DNA of 64,000 bases from Longimicrobiales bacterium (GCA_965218295.1 CBDCKN010000008.1:1-64000); one strand, 5' to 3'. Positions 18,309-29,550 are shown, numbered from the stretch's first letter. Numbers and translations are program-made. Notes: a model not told the origin generated them from the sequence alone.

Positions 18309-20141
18309 TCACCAACGAGCCCACGGTGCCGGTCTGCCCGCCTCCACGTGCTCGGCGAGGGTCTGGATGCTGTCCACCGGAATACCGTGCTTCCGTCGGA
18401 GGTAGAAGTCGGCGGTCTTGGCGGCGATGGGCGCCGCCATCGCGGAGCCGCTCCCGCCGAACTCGACCAGAGCCACGACCACGATCTCCGGCTCTCCGCC
18501 CCAAGGGCCCGCCATGCCCGCGAACCACGCGTGGGCACGGTCGGGGTCCTGCGCGTTCTGTCCGCTTCCCGTCTTGCCGATGATCTCCCAATGCTCGAGC
18601 GAGGCCTGGTAGTGCGCCGTGCCACCAGGGGCAGTGACCTGCCGAATCCCCTCCCGGAGCTGCTCGATGCTCTGGCGAGAGAGGTTCAGCCGCCAGCCCT
18701 CCCGCAGATCCGGGCTCTTCAGCAGGTGTGGGGCCGGAGCCGATCCGTCGCGGGCGAGCGCTAGGTAGAACTGGGCCATCTTGAGAGGCGTTTGGGAGTT
18801 CGGTCCCTGGCCGATGGCCAAACTCAGGACCTCACCCTCGAGCGGACGATAGCCGAAACGGCGCTCCCAAAAAGCCCGATCGCCGGGAAAGATGCCCCGG
18901 CTCTCCTGTGGAAGGTCGATGCCGCACTGTTCTGCGAACCCGATCCGGGTACCCGCCTCCAGCATGCGATCCAGCCCGATCTTCATGCCGAGCTGATAGA
19001 AGTACACGTTGCATGACTGGGCAATGGCCCCGGCGAGGTCGAGAAAGCCGTGGCCCGAGGGAAGCCAGCACGAGCGATACTCGCCGCCGTACACCAATCC
19101 GCCGGTGCACGGAATCGGCATCTCCTCATGTGGGCCCACGACTCCGAGGTCGAGGGCAATGCCGGCCGCGGCCAGCTTCCAGGTCGACGCCGGGGGATAG
19201 AGACCCATCACGGTCCGATTGAGCAGCGGCTTTTGTGGATCGGTGTCGAGGGCTTCCCAGTCCTCGGTGCTGATGCCTCCCACGAAGGCGTTGGGGTCGA
19301 ACGTCGGAGCCGAGTACAGGGCCAGCACGCCGCCGTCCGCCGGGTCCAACGCGACCACGGTGCCAGGCAGGGAATCCGGGAACACCCGGTGGATCCACTC
19401 CATCAGCTCCAGATCGAGCGTGAGCTGAAGGTCTTCGCCGGGCCGTCCCGGGTCCTCCTCGATCCCGGCCAATGGGCCCACGATGCGCCCCATGGCGTCG
19501 ACTTCCAGGTAACGCATCCCCTGCCGACCCTGGAGCCTATCCTCGTACTGGCGCTCGATTCCGACCTTCCCGACGAGCATCCCCTGCTCGTATTCGGCGA
19601 AGCGGGCGGTCTCGAGCTCTTTGGCCGTGACCTCGCTGACGTACCCGAGGGCATGCCCCACCGCCGCCCCACCGGCATAGCGGCGCTTGGGCCGCATCTC
19701 AATGTAGATCCCAGGGAAGTCTTCCCGGCGCTCCTCCAGAATGGCGATGGCTGCGAAGTCGGCGTCGATGTCCACGAGGAGGGGCTCATGGCGACGCACC
19801 CGCTCCATGAGGCTCTCGATCCTCTCGTCCGAGAGTCCAAGATGGGGTCGCAGTCGCTCCAGGGCTTCTCGGGTGGACTCCCGCGAGTCCTCGAGAACGT
19901 AGACCGCGTACCCCGGAACGTTGTCGGCGATGACACGCCCGTATCGGTCGAAGACCGTCCCCCGGGGGGCAGGGATCGCCGAAGGACGCAAGCGGTTGGA
20001 CTCCGAGCGGAGCTTGTAGTCGCTGGAGCGGAGTACCTGGACTCGAAAGAACTGCAGGACCAGAGCTCCGATGACGATGGCAGCGATTCCCAGCGCCCCG
20101 TGGGCCCGTCGTCTCCTGCGGTGTGGGTGCTGGGCTCTCAC
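18309..20141 (-). CDS. mrdA: Penicillin-binding protein 2
   Basis: APRG, SxxK (STWK), SCN, KTG; GTG start overlaps the mreD stop. Confidence 0.95.
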   Translation of the reverse strand: MRAQHPHRRRRRAHGALGIAAIVIGALVLQFFRVQVLRSSDYKLRSESNRLRPSAIPAPRGTVFDRYGRVIADNVPGYAVYVLEDSRESTREALERLRPHLGLSDERIESLMERVRRHEPLLVDIDADFAAIAILEERREDFPGIYIEMRPKRRYAGGAAVGHALGYVSEVTAKELETARFAEYEQGMLVGKVGIERQYEDRLQGRQGMRYLEVDAMGRIVGPLAGIEEDPGRPGEDLQLTLDLELMEWIHRVFPDSLPGTVVALDPADGGVLALYSAPTFDPNAFVGGISTEDWEALDTDPQKPLLNRTVMGLYPPASTWKLAAAGIALDLGVVGPHEEMPIPCTGGLVYGGEYRSCWLPSGHGFLDLAGAIAQSCNVYFYQLGMKIGLDRMLEAGTRIGFAEQCGIDLPQESRGIFPGDRAFWERRFGYRPLEGEVLSLAIGQGPNSQTPLKMAQFYLALARDGSAPAPHLLKSPDLREGWRLNLSRQSIEQLREGIRQVTAPGGTAHYQASLEHWEIIGKTGSGQNAQDPDRAHAWFAGMAGPWGGEPEIVVVALVEFGGSGSAMAAPIAAKTADFYLRRKHGIPVDSIQTLAEHVEAGRPAPWARW

Positions 20142-20620
20142 CGTACCGTCTCCCACCCGATGCCACTGATCGCTATCGCACCCAGTCCGATCAAAGCGGC
20201 ATATGCCGCGGCCAGCGGCGAGTTGATCAACATCGTATCGATGAAAGGTTCTCTCACCGCCTCGCCTACCGCAACCCAATGAAGGAGATCCCTGCACCAC
20301 TTTCCGAAGACGAGATACGACACCATGAAGCTGAGGGAGTCACCCACGAAGAGATCCCTCGTCTTGGCTCCCGCCACTCCGACGAGAGTCAGGGCGAAGG
20401 TGTTGGCTCCGAAGGCCAGAACCGAGAAGGCGTCGTCCAGGAGCCCGAACAGAAACCCCAGGCCAGCTCCGGCCCCCACCCTCACTTCGCGGGCGGCGAT
20501 CAGGAGAGCGACGATGAGCAGGTCGGGAGCGCTCCTGCCCAGGCCGAGACTCAGATGAAGGCCGAAGTGCAGGAGAACGAGGAGCCCGACGACACCCCAC
20601 ACCCGGAGAGGACCCTTCAC
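20138..20620 (-). CDS. mreD: Rod shape-determining protein MreD
   Basis: Hydrophobic; PDLL, GFLFGLLDD; lies between mreC and mrdA. Confidence 0.85.
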   Translation of the reverse strand: MKGPLRVWGVVGLLVLLHFGLHLSLGLGRSAPDLLIVALLIAAREVRVGAGAGLGFLFGLLDDAFSVLAFGANTFALTLVGVAGAKTRDLFVGDSLSFMVSYLVFGKWCRDLLHWVAVGEAVREPFIDTMLINSPLAAAYAALIGLGAIAISGIGWETVR

Positions 20621-21477
20621 GAACCCGGCTCTTCCCGCGACCAGACGTCGGTCAGGTCTTTGGACGCTCCGTCGGGCACCAGAACGAGCACGTGCGTAGC
20701 CTCGCCGGGGGACACGAACGGGTGCAGCCAATAGGAACGCCGCCAGCCGGCCCGCGACTCGGCCTCTTCGATGACCGTGCCGATGGGGATGCCCCGGGGG
20801 TAGACCCCACCGAGGGTGCTCGTAACCAGAACAGCCCCGGGCGCCAGCTCCTGATGGAACGGAATCCCGTCCAGCAGCAGCCGATCGGCCTCCCGGAACA
20901 ACCCCCGGGTAGCCTGCACCAGACCATACACGGCGCCATCCAGCGTCATGGCGCTGGCGCGGAACTCCGGATGGGTCCAATCCATCCCGACCGCGTTGTT
21001 CTCGCGGGACTCCCGCACCACGCCGAGGAGCCCTCGCCCCATGATCACGGGGGTGTTGGCCACCACACCGCGACGGCCTCCGGCGTCCAGGAGGAACATG
21101 CTCTCGGAGCCCGGCGTCCCCGGCCGGATTACGCTGGCCGCCACATACACCGACGAGAGCCGTCGGGACAGATCGAGAAGGCGCCGGAGACGATCGTTCT
21201 CTTCCGCCAACGTGGTTTGATCTGAGAGGACCGACGCCAGCGAGTCCAACTGCAGCTGCAGGGCTTCGGTCTCCGCGGCGTGCACACGCCTGCGGGCGAG
21301 GCCCTCCTGGGTCATCACGAAGGGTCGGAGGATGCTACCCCGAATGAGCGAAGCCAACTGCTGTTGCGCTCCGTCCGGGAAGTACAGCACGAGGAGGGAT
21401 ACGACGAAGAACCCGAGGGCGATCAGCCCGCTTCGGCTCGGTTCCGCCCCGCTGGTCTCGTTGGTGTACGTTGGCAT
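20617..21477 (-). CDS. mreC: Rod shape-determining protein MreC
   Basis: N-terminal TM helix, ENDRLRRLL coiled coil, GGVYPRGIPIG. Confidence 0.9.
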   Translation of the reverse strand: MPTYTNETSGAEPSRSGLIALGFFVVSLLVLYFPDGAQQQLASLIRGSILRPFVMTQEGLARRRVHAAETEALQLQLDSLASVLSDQTTLAEENDRLRRLLDLSRRLSSVYVAASVIRPGTPGSESMFLLDAGGRRGVVANTPVIMGRGLLGVVRESRENNAVGMDWTHPEFRASAMTLDGAVYGLVQATRGLFREADRLLLDGIPFHQELAPGAVLVTSTLGGVYPRGIPIGTVIEEAESRAGWRRSYWLHPFVSPGEATHVLVLVPDGASKDLTDVWSREEPGS

Positions 21478-21538
21478 AGCGCTGCCGAGCCCCTGAAGAG
21501 GGTGGGGTGGTCAGTGTAGGCTCTCGAAGACTCCTACA

Positions 21539-22546
21539 CTATGTCGCCAACACCGTGCGGTATTTCCGTAGGTCGTCTAGGATCCGGCCAGCTCCCCGCA
21601 CCACGCACGTGAGAGGCTCCTCGTCCACGTGGATGGGCAGGTTCGTCTCATGCTGCAGAAGCCGGTCCAAGCCCCGGATTAGGGCGCCGCCCCCCGTCAT
21701 CACGATTCCACGGTCCACGATGTCGCTGGCGAGCTCGGGGGGCGTGATCTCCAGAGCACGCCGAACGGCCTCCACCACCGCCTGGATAGGCTCCTGGATG
21801 CACTCACGGATCTCCTGCGAGTGCACGTGGACGGTCTTAGGGATGCCACTCACGAGGTCCCTCCCCTTCACGTCCATCTCCCGCTCCTCTCCGGATTCGA
21901 AGGCCGATCCGATCTGGATCTTGATGGCTTCCGCCGTCGGCTCTCCGATCAGGAGGTTGTAGTTCTTGCGGAGGAACGTCACGATGGCCGCGTCGAGCTC
22001 GTCGCCGCCGACCCGGATCGACGTGTTCGAAACGATGCCCGCCAGCGCGATGATCGCGATCTCGGTGGTTCCACCCCCAATGTCGATGACCATGTTGCCC
22101 GTGGGAGTCTCCACCGGCAGGCCCACGCCGATAGCCGCAGCCATGGGCTCGGCGACCATGTAGACGGCCTTCGCACCCGCAGAGATCGCGCTGGAGCGCA
22201 CTGCCCGCCGCTCCAGCTCCGTGATTCCCGACGGTACACCCACGACGACCCTGGGCTTGATCCGGAAGACCCGCTTGGCGGTCACCTGCTTCAGGAAGTG
22301 ACGGAGCATCAACTCCGTCACGTCGACGTCGGCGATGACTCCGTCCTTGAGGGGCCGAACGGCTTCGATCCCTTCGGGCGTACGGCCCAGCATGCGTTTG
22401 GCCTCGAGCCCGACGCCCATGATCCGGCCGGACGTCTTGTCCACCGCCACAACCGAGGGCTCGTTGAGGACGATTCCCTCGCCCTTCACGTATACGAGGG
22501 TATTCGCCGTCCCGAGATCCACCGCGATGTCGTTCACGGGGATCAA
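21539..22546 (-). CDS. mreB: Actin-like protein MreB
   Basis: DLGTANTL, NEPSVVA, DIGGGTTE, TGGGAL; start uncertain. Confidence 0.97.
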   Translation of the reverse strand: MIPVNDIAVDLGTANTLVYVKGEGIVLNEPSVVAVDKTSGRIMGVGLEAKRMLGRTPEGIEAVRPLKDGVIADVDVTELMLRHFLKQVTAKRVFRIKPRVVVGVPSGITELERRAVRSSAISAGAKAVYMVAEPMAAAIGVGLPVETPTGNMVIDIGGGTTEIAIIALAGIVSNTSIRVGGDELDAAIVTFLRKNYNLLIGEPTAEAIKIQIGSAFESGEEREMDVKGRDLVSGIPKTVHVHSQEIRECIQEPIQAVVEAVRRALEITPPELASDIVDRGIVMTGGGALIRGLDRLLQHETNLPIHVDEEPLTCVVRGAGRILDDLRKYRTVLAT

Positions 22547-22709
22547 CCGGTAGGTTTCAAGCCATTTGGTGAAGGTCTGGGTTATCGGAGATTCTCTCTG
22601 GTCTCAGAATCTTGAAGACACCACACTATCATCACCTCAAGATGCCTGCAAGAAATGTGGCGTCAAGTCATTGTCAAACTGTGAGTTGCAGCGTCCGAGC
22701 CGTCGGCTG

Positions 22710-23153
22710 TCATCGTCCCGTGCTTCCGAAGCCGTCCGAACCCCTTCCGGTGGCGCCGAGTTCTTCACACTCCACGACCTCGGGCGTAGCGAAGCGCTGG
22801 AAGACGAACTGGGCGATGCGCTCCCCGCGCTCGATACGGACGGACTCGCTTCCGTTGTTCTGCATGATGATGCGCAGCTCGCCCCTGTAGTCCGGGTCGA
22901 TGGTCCCCGGGCTGTTGGGGAGGGTGATCCCGTGCCGGAGCGCCAGGCCCGACCGCGGCCGGACCTGACACTCCAATCCCTCGGGCAGTTCCATGGTGAG
23001 GCCCGTGGCGACCAGCCGGATCTCCCGCGGCTCGAGCACGAAATCTTCTTCGGCGGAGCGGACATCGTACCCGGCGGCCAGCTCCGTTGCGCGGGCCGGC
23101 AACGGAAGATCCGGATTGCTCGGGAGGCGCGCGAAGCGTACGAGCTCGCTCAA
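22710..23153 (-). CDS. dut: dUTP diphosphatase
   Basis: [30 protein letters not shown]. Confidence 0.95.
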   Translation of the reverse strand: MSELVRFARLPSNPDLPLPARATELAAGYDVRSAEEDFVLEPREIRLVATGLTMELPEGLECQVRPRSGLALRHGITLPNSPGTIDPDYRGELRIIMQNNGSESVRIERGERIAQFVFQRFATPEVVECEELGATGRGSDGFGSTGR

Positions 23154-23158
23154 CGGCG

Positions 23159-24289
23159 TCAGACCTGTGGGGCCGGGTGGAGGAGGTGCTCCACATTCAC
23201 ACACTCCAGCCCGAAGGCCTCGGCGACCCCGGCGTAGGTGACGTTCCCGTCCACGATGTTCACGCCCAACGCAAGCGCTGGGTCGTCCAGGCAGGCCACC
23301 TGCCAGCCCTGGGTCGCGAGCGTGATAGCATAGGGCAGCGTGGCGTTGGTCAGGGCGAGCGTGCTCGTTCTCGGCACGCTGCCCGGCATGTTGGTGACAC
23401 CGTAGTGGACGACGTCGTGGACCGTGTAGATCGGGTCGTCGTGTGTGGTGGGACGAATCGTCTCCACGCAGCCGCCCTGGTCCACGGCCACGTCAACGAT
23501 CACCGATCCCGGCTTCATGGCCTTCAGATCGTCCTCGAGAATAAGGCTGGGCGCCTTGGCCCCGTGGAGTAGTACCGCACCCACCACCAGGTCGGCGTCC
23601 TTGATCTGCTTCCGGATGGCATAGCGGGTGGAGTAGAGTAGATTGACGTTGGCCGGCATGATGCCTTCGAGGTGACGGAGGCGAGCGAGGGATACGTCCA
23701 AGATCGCCACCCGGGCACCCAGGCCCGCAGCCATCAGCGCGGCGTGGGTTCCGACGATGCCGCCCCCGAGGATGACGACCTTGCCGGGCAGCACTCCGGG
23801 CACTCCACCCAGGAGGACGCCCGCGCCACCCGAGTGGCGCTCGAGGTACTTGGCGCCTTCCTGTACGGCCATGCGACCTGCAACCTCGCTCATGGGGGTC
23901 AGAAGGGGCAGTTCACCGCTCGGCAGCTCCACCGTCTCGTAGGCGATCGCGACGGCCTTGGAGGCGATGAGCGCCCGCGTCAGCTCCTCGGAAGACGCAA
24001 AATGGAAGTAGGTGAAGAGAACCTGATCAGGCCGGATGTTCCCCCACTCCGTCTCGATGGGCTCCTTGACCTTCATGATCATCTCGGCCCTGGCCCATAC
24101 CTCGTCCGAGGTGGGCACCAGCTCGGCCCCGGCAGCCGCATAGAAGTCGTCGGTGAAGCCGCTTCCCTGGCCTGCGCCGGCCTCCAGCAAGACCCGGTGG
24201 CCCGCGTGCGTCAACGCTTCGGCACCTGCCGGCGTCAGGGCCACACGGTACTCCTCGCGCATTATTTCCTTCGGTACTCCGATCAGCAT
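23159..24289 (-). CDS. ald: Alanine dehydrogenase
   Basis: [35 protein letters not shown]. Confidence 0.95.
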   Translation of the reverse strand: MLIGVPKEIMREEYRVALTPAGAEALTHAGHRVLLEAGAGQGSGFTDDFYAAAGAELVPTSDEVWARAEMIMKVKEPIETEWGNIRPDQVLFTYFHFASSEELTRALIASKAVAIAYETVELPSGELPLLTPMSEVAGRMAVQEGAKYLERHSGGAGVLLGGVPGVLPGKVVILGGGIVGTHAALMAAGLGARVAILDVSLARLRHLEGIMPANVNLLYSTRYAIRKQIKDADLVVGAVLLHGAKAPSLILEDDLKAMKPGSVIVDVAVDQGGCVETIRPTTHDDPIYTVHDVVHYGVTNMPGSVPRTSTLALTNATLPYAITLATQGWQVACLDDPALALGVNIVDGNVTYAGVAEAFGLECVNVEHLLHPAPQV

Positions 24290-24366
24290 GACATATGGGG
24301 TTGGTGTGGATGTTTTCGGGTTTTGTCGGCCACAAAAGCTACTGAATCAGCCCAGCGGAGGCGACC

Positions 24367-25584
24367 TCAGGGACCTAGGCTCAGAACGTATTGGTCTTCC
24401 GGGTCGAAGAAGCGGACGCACGCCTCGTTCACCTCGTCCAGAGTGACGGCACCGACTCGGGCCAACGACTCCTCCAGCTCCTGGTAGGGCTCCCCCCGCA
24501 GGGCGAAGCCCGCTAGGCACAGAAGCCGAGCTCCGGTGGACTCCATGGAGAGGATCATATGCCCCCTTCCTTGATTCTTGGCCTATTCCAGTTCCAGCAC
24601 CGTGAGGCCCTTTCTATGAAGCAGACGATACTCCGCCAGAATGGCGTCGAGGGCCTGTTCCAGGGCCTCCGGCCGGGTCCCGACATATACGCCGGCGCTG
24701 CCGGCCCGGCTATAGAACGACTGGTACGCGAAGACCGAGTAGGCCAAGGCCATCTCCTCTCGAATCCGCTGGAAGAGCCGGGAGCTCATGCCCCCTCCGA
24801 ACGCGTCCGAGATGAGGATCAGCGCCTCGCGTACCGGATCCGTGTGGGGCGGCGTTCGGTTGCCGACGACCAGATGAGCCTGGGCGGTATCGCGAAGCAC
24901 CGTGTCGCGTCCCGTTGCGTTTCCGCTCGGCGGGTCGATCTCCGGACAGGGGTCTCCCGCGGGAGCCGGCCCGAAGAGCCGGGCTACGTGATCGGCGACC
25001 ACCTCGTGCTCGACGTTCCCCGCGCAGGCCACCACGATGTTGCCCCCTCGATATTCGTCGGCGTGGAGCCTACGCACATCCTCGATTTCGAGGGTATTTA
25101 CGGTCTCGCGGGTGCCGAGGATCGCCTGCCCATAGGGATGCCCGTTCCAGAAGCGCACGCCGTACAGATCGAAGATCAGGTCGTCGGGCGTGTCCTCCAC
25201 GCTGGCGATCTCCTCCAACACCACCCCGCGCTCCAGCTCCAGGTCCATCGGGTCGAGGCGCGGGTGCAGCACAAGATCCGCAAGCACGTCGAGTGCCTCC
25301 GGCAGATGCTCGTCCAGGACCCGGGCCTGATAGCTGGTGTGCTCCCGGGTCGTGTAGGCGTCCAGCGCGCCCCCCAGCGACTCCAGTGAAAGGGCGATCT
25401 CGTGCGAGCTGCGTCGCTCGGTACCCTTGAACACGAGGTGCTCCAGGAGGTGGCTGATCCCGAGAACGCTCGACGACTCATGGGCCGAGCCCTGCTTCAG
25501 CCACACGCCTGCGGCGACGGAGCGTACTCCAGGAGTGCGCTCCGTTACAAGGCGTACTCCGTTGTCGAGGCGGGTCTCACGCAT
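24367..25584 (-). CDS. M16-family zinc peptidase with an in-frame TAG at 24583-24585
   Basis: HLLEH...KGT, GGGMSSRLFQ-IRE; the same frame continues past the TAG as AKNQGRGHMILSMEST... Confidence 0.85.
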
Positions 25585-25664
25585 GGGTGTGGGACACTAG
25601 AGGTCCAAGGGGGCATGGGCCCACGGCCCACACCCCCCTGGAAGTCCTACCGAGCGACGGTCGG

Positions 25665-27821
25665 TCAGCTCAGTGCCTCCTCGACCTCCCGGTCCTCGCT
25701 GGGCTCGGTGTCCTTGGACGCCCCGAGGGCGTCCTCCGCCATGGCGGCCTTCCGGGACAGACGGAGGCGACCCTTCTCATCGATGGAGAGGAGCTTCACA
25801 CGCGTGATTTCTCCCACCTTCAGAACGTCCTCGGTCTTCTCCACCCTCCGGTCTTCGAGCTCGGAGATGTGGCACAGACCTTCCACGCCGGGGAGGATCT
25901 CGATGAAGGCACCGAACGAAGTTGTGTTCTTCACCGGGCCCTCGTAGATCCTGCCGACGTCGGGCTCCTGGACGATTGCCTCGATCATCTCGCGAGCTCT
26001 CGCCCCGGCCTCTCCGGATACGGCCGCGATCTTGACCAGACCCGTGTCGTCGATGTCGATCTTCGCCCCGGACTCCTCCTGGATGGCCCGGATGGTTTTC
26101 CCCTTCGGTCCGATGATGTCGCCAATCTTCGAGGGGTTGATCTGGATCGACACGATGCGTGGCGCGTACTGAGAGAGGTCGCTCCGCGGCTCGGCCAACG
26201 CCTGATCCATGATGTCGAGGATGTGCATCCGGCCAACGTGCGCCCGCTCAAGGGCGATCTTGAGGATCTCTTGGGTGAGCCCGTCGATCTTGATGTCCAT
26301 CTGGATGGACGTGACCCCGTCACGCGTGCCAGCGACCTTGAAGTCCATGTCCCCCAGGGCGTCTTCGAGCCCCAGGATGTCCGTCAGGATGGCGACGTCG
26401 TCGCCCTCCCTGATCAGGCCCATGGCAACACCCGCACACGCAGCCTTGATGGGCACGCCCGCGTCCATGAGCGCCAGCGAGGCGCCACAGACGGAAGCCA
26501 TCGAAGACGACCCATTTGACTCGAGAATGTCGGAGACGATCCGAATCGTGTACGGGAAGTCGTCGTAGGCCGGAAGCAGCGGACGGATGGCCCGCTCGGC
26601 CAGGGCCCCGTGACCCTGCTCACGCCTCGACGTTCCTCGGAAGGGCCTCGCCTCGCCCACGGAGAAGGGCGGGAAGTTGTAGTGCAGCATGAACGACTTG
26701 GTGACCTCTTCGGCCGTATCGATGGAGTCGATGCGCTGCTCGTCCCAGGACGTGCCGAGCGTCGTCACGACGAGGGCCTGCGTCTGACCCCGGGTGAAGA
26801 GCGCAGAGCCGTGGGTTCGGGGTAGGACTCCCACTTCGGACGTGATGGAGCGGACCTCTTCGAGGCCTCGCCCGTCGGCGCGCTCACCCTGCTCCAGAAT
26901 TCGCCTTCGCATCGACTTCTTCTCGATGCCGCGGAGCACCTCCTTGATGGACTTCTCGTGCTCGGAGTACGCCTCGTCCTCTTCGACCAGGCGCCCGATC
27001 ACATCCTCGGCCACGGCCGCCATGGCCTGATTGCGCTCGCCCTTGTCCGAGAGCATCAGCGCCTCCTCGATGCGGCTCTCCGCCATCTCGGTTACCCGGT
27101 CGGCCAGGACCTGCTCCGGCTCGACGGAGGACCACTCCATGTCGGGGACCCTGTGGCCCTCCAGGAGCTCCTTCTGGATATCGATGAGCTCCCTGATGCC
27201 CTGGTGGGCGATCTCGAGTCCCTCGAGGATCTCGGCCTCCGGAACCTCGACCGCACCTCCTTCGACCATGAGGAGGGCGTCCTCCCTCCCGGCTACCACG
27301 ATGTCCACGTCCGAGTACTCGAGCTGCTGGAACGTGGGGTTCAGCACCCATGTGTCCCGAATGCGGCCGATGCGCACGGAAGCGACCAACGTGTTGAACG
27401 GAATCTTGGACATGTTCAAGGCCACCGAGGCTCCGAGCATGGCCAGCACATCCGCCGAGTTTTCCTGGTCGGCGCTCAGGATGAAGCACGCGACTTGGGT
27501 CTCGTGCATGAATCCCGAAGGGAACAGGGGTCTGAGCGGACGGTCGGTGAGGCGCGCCGCGAGGACCTCGTTCTCTCCTGGGCGTCCTTCCCGCTTGAAG
27601 AAGCCGCCGGGGATCTTCCCGGCTGCGTAGCTCTTTTCCCTGTACTCGATGGTCAGGGGGAAAAACGGTAGGTGGGTGGATTTGTCTTGGACCGTGGCGG
27701 CACAAAGCACCACGGTGTCGCCAAACTGTACGAGGCAGGAGCCCTGCGCGAGCTTGGCCATCCGCCCGAACTCGAGGCTTAGAGTGCGCCCCGCGAACTG
27801 GCGTTCGATTCTCTGGATCAT
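25665..27821 (-). CDS. pnp: Polyribonucleotide nucleotidyltransferase
   Basis: GGFFKREG, ESNGSSSMAS, DMDFKVAGT, KH and S1 domains. Confidence 0.97.
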   Translation of the reverse strand: MIQRIERQFAGRTLSLEFGRMAKLAQGSCLVQFGDTVVLCAATVQDKSTHLPFFPLTIEYREKSYAAGKIPGGFFKREGRPGENEVLAARLTDRPLRPLFPSGFMHETQVACFILSADQENSADVLAMLGASVALNMSKIPFNTLVASVRIGRIRDTWVLNPTFQQLEYSDVDIVVAGREDALLMVEGGAVEVPEAEILEGLEIAHQGIRELIDIQKELLEGHRVPDMEWSSVEPEQVLADRVTEMAESRIEEALMLSDKGERNQAMAAVAEDVIGRLVEEDEAYSEHEKSIKEVLRGIEKKSMRRRILEQGERADGRGLEEVRSITSEVGVLPRTHGSALFTRGQTQALVVTTLGTSWDEQRIDSIDTAEEVTKSFMLHYNFPPFSVGEARPFRGTSRREQGHGALAERAIRPLLPAYDDFPYTIRIVSDILESNGSSSMASVCGASLALMDAGVPIKAACAGVAMGLIREGDDVAILTDILGLEDALGDMDFKVAGTRDGVTSIQMDIKIDGLTQEILKIALERAHVGRMHILDIMDQALAEPRSDLSQYAPRIVSIQINPSKIGDIIGPKGKTIRAIQEESGAKIDIDDTGLVKIAAVSGEAGARAREMIEAIVQEPDVGRIYEGPVKNTTSFGAFIEILPGVEGLCHISELEDRRVEKTEDVLKVGEITRVKLLSIDEKGRLRLSRKAAMAEDALGASKDTEPSEDREVEEALS

Positions 27822-28086
27822 CTCTCTCTTTTCTCTGCTTTCAGTCGAACGCGACCACCCCGTCCCACTTCGTTTCGCCTGTCGGGGCCTTCCCGACCGG
27901 GTCGAGCGAACAGGCTCCTAAGAGAGATCGACCGCCGCAGTGCAGGGCACGGAGTGCCCCGACCGATTGCAGCCATTTGGATGGGCCGATCCTCCAGGGG
28001 TCCTGCTGTACTAAGCCGAAACGGCGACCGATCTGTGCGGCCACCCCCATTTCGTGTCCGCCATCCCCACTTCTTCAACAGGCCTT

Positions 28087-28153
28087 TAGTGTCCCGTTAC
28101 CAAAGTGTCTCGGCCAGTCGAGGGCACGGTGCATCCGTGGAAACGGAACACTA
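28087..28153 (-). mobile_element. Internally deleted MITE-like copy (inverted) in the rpsO stop codon
   Basis: TA-GTGTCCCGTTACC...GCATCCGTGG/AAACGGAACAC-TA: both termini are retained in 67 bp. Confidence 0.85.
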
Positions 28154-28411
28154 GTGACGGAGTCCGAGGTCCGCGATAAGCTCGCGGTAGCGCTCCGCGT
28201 CGGTGCGCTTCACGTACTCCAACAGCCGGCGGCGGCGTCCAACCATCTTCAGGAGGCCTCGGCGGCTATGATGGTCCTTCTTGTGGTTGTCGAAGTGTGA
28301 CCTGAGATCATTGATGCGAGCTGTCAGGATCGCGGCCTGGACCGGGGCACTCCCGACGTCTCCCTCGTGGAGCTGGTGCTTCTGAATGATCTCTGCTCTG
28401 TTGATCGTCAC
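28151..28411 (-). CDS. rpsO: 30S ribosomal protein S15
   Basis: DVGS-PVQ...[22 protein letters not shown]. Confidence 0.97.
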   Translation of the reverse strand: MTINRAEIIQKHQLHEGDVGSAPVQAAILTARINDLRSHFDNHKKDHHSRRGLLKMVGRRRRLLEYVKRTDAERYRELIADLGLRH

Positions 28412-28596
28412 GTCTGCGTGTGCCTCCGCAAGAGTCTGCGCTTCAGGGGAAGCTTGTTCGTGTATTACGGACAGCCTTTAATATTAGCGGAAGCGTGGTA
28501 GAGCAACAACGGCTCGGCCCCCGCCGGGTAGTGATACACTTTGACTTTACCACTACCGCCCGCCGTGGATGTCCGGCCCGCAGTGGATCCACGGCG

Positions 28597-29550
28597 TTAC
28601 GTTTCGGCCAGGACCGCCCGGGCTTCCTCCACATCTTCGCGCATCTGATCTACCAGGGCCCGTTTCGAATCGAAGGGACGGATCTCGCGGAGATAGCGCA
28701 CGAAATCGACGCGGACCTCCTCGCCGTAGATGTCCTCATCGAAGTCAAACAGGTGTATCTCGATGGTGGGTGGTGACCCCCGGAACGTGGGTCGCGGACC
28801 CAGATGGAGGGCTCCCCCATACATCCCCGAGCGGAGGATTCCCATGACGGCATAGATGCCCGGGGGCGGAACCAGCTTCTGCCCTACCCCACCACCTCTC
28901 ACTTCCAGGTTGGCCGTGGGAAAGCCCAGGGTTCGCCCCCGCTGATCCCCCCGGACGACCAATCCTCGGACCGAGTATGGACGACCCAGGGCCTCGCGGG
29001 CCGAGCTCATATCGCCCTCCAGGAGGGCCCTTCGGATGCGCGTGGACGAGATGGGACGTTCCTGTGCGCCCACCGGACCTACGACATCGACCTTGAAGCC
29101 CAACTCCGAGCCGAGACTGCGCAGAGTCTCGGCGTCGCCGCTTCGCCCCCGCCCGAAGTGGTGGTCGTATCCCACCACCAACTCCTTGACGCCGAGGCGG
29201 CCCACGAGGATCTCCTCCACGAAGCGCCGGGGCGAGTACTGGGCCAGCACCGGCGTGAACGGAAGGAAGACGGCGTAGTCGAGTCCCGACTCCGCCAGGA
29301 TCTCCTTCTTCTCCACCGGCGTGGTGAGCATGGGGGGAGCCAGTTCCGGGCGGACGATGGTGAGAGGATGTGGATGGAAGGTCACGAGCACACTCCGGCG
29401 GCCGGTCTCCTCCGCCCTCCGCCGGATCTCGGAGAGGACCTCCCAGTGGCCCCGGTGGACCCCGTCAAAGGTGCCGATGGTGACCACAGTCCCTCTTCCG
29501 TCCGACGGGAGGCCCGACGGCAGAGCCGGGTCGATGGCGTAACCGGTCAT
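28597..29550 (-). CDS. ribF: Riboflavin kinase/FAD synthetase
   Basis: GTFDGVHRGH, ISSTRIR, GFPTANL. Confidence 0.95.
   Translation of the reverse strand: MTGYAIDPALPSGLPSDGRGTVVTIGTFDGVHRGHWEVLSEIRRRAEETGRRSVLVTFHPHPLTIVRPELAPPMLTTPVEKKEILAESGLDYAVFLPFTPVLAQYSPRRFVEEILVGRLGVKELVVGYDHHFGRGRSGDAETLRSLGSELGFKVDVVGPVGAQERPISSTRIRRALLEGDMSSAREALGRPYSVRGLVVRGDQRGRTLGFPTANLEVRGGGVGQKLVPPPGIYAVMGILRSGMYGGALHLGPRPTFRGSPPTIEIHLFDFDEDIYGEEVRVDFVRYLREIRPFDSKRALVDQMREDVEEARAVLAET

Noticed and set aside
24583..24585. Genetic-code reassignment of TAG
   Set aside because: TAG ends guaA, folC, infB, rpsO, trxA and others at their expected C-termini.
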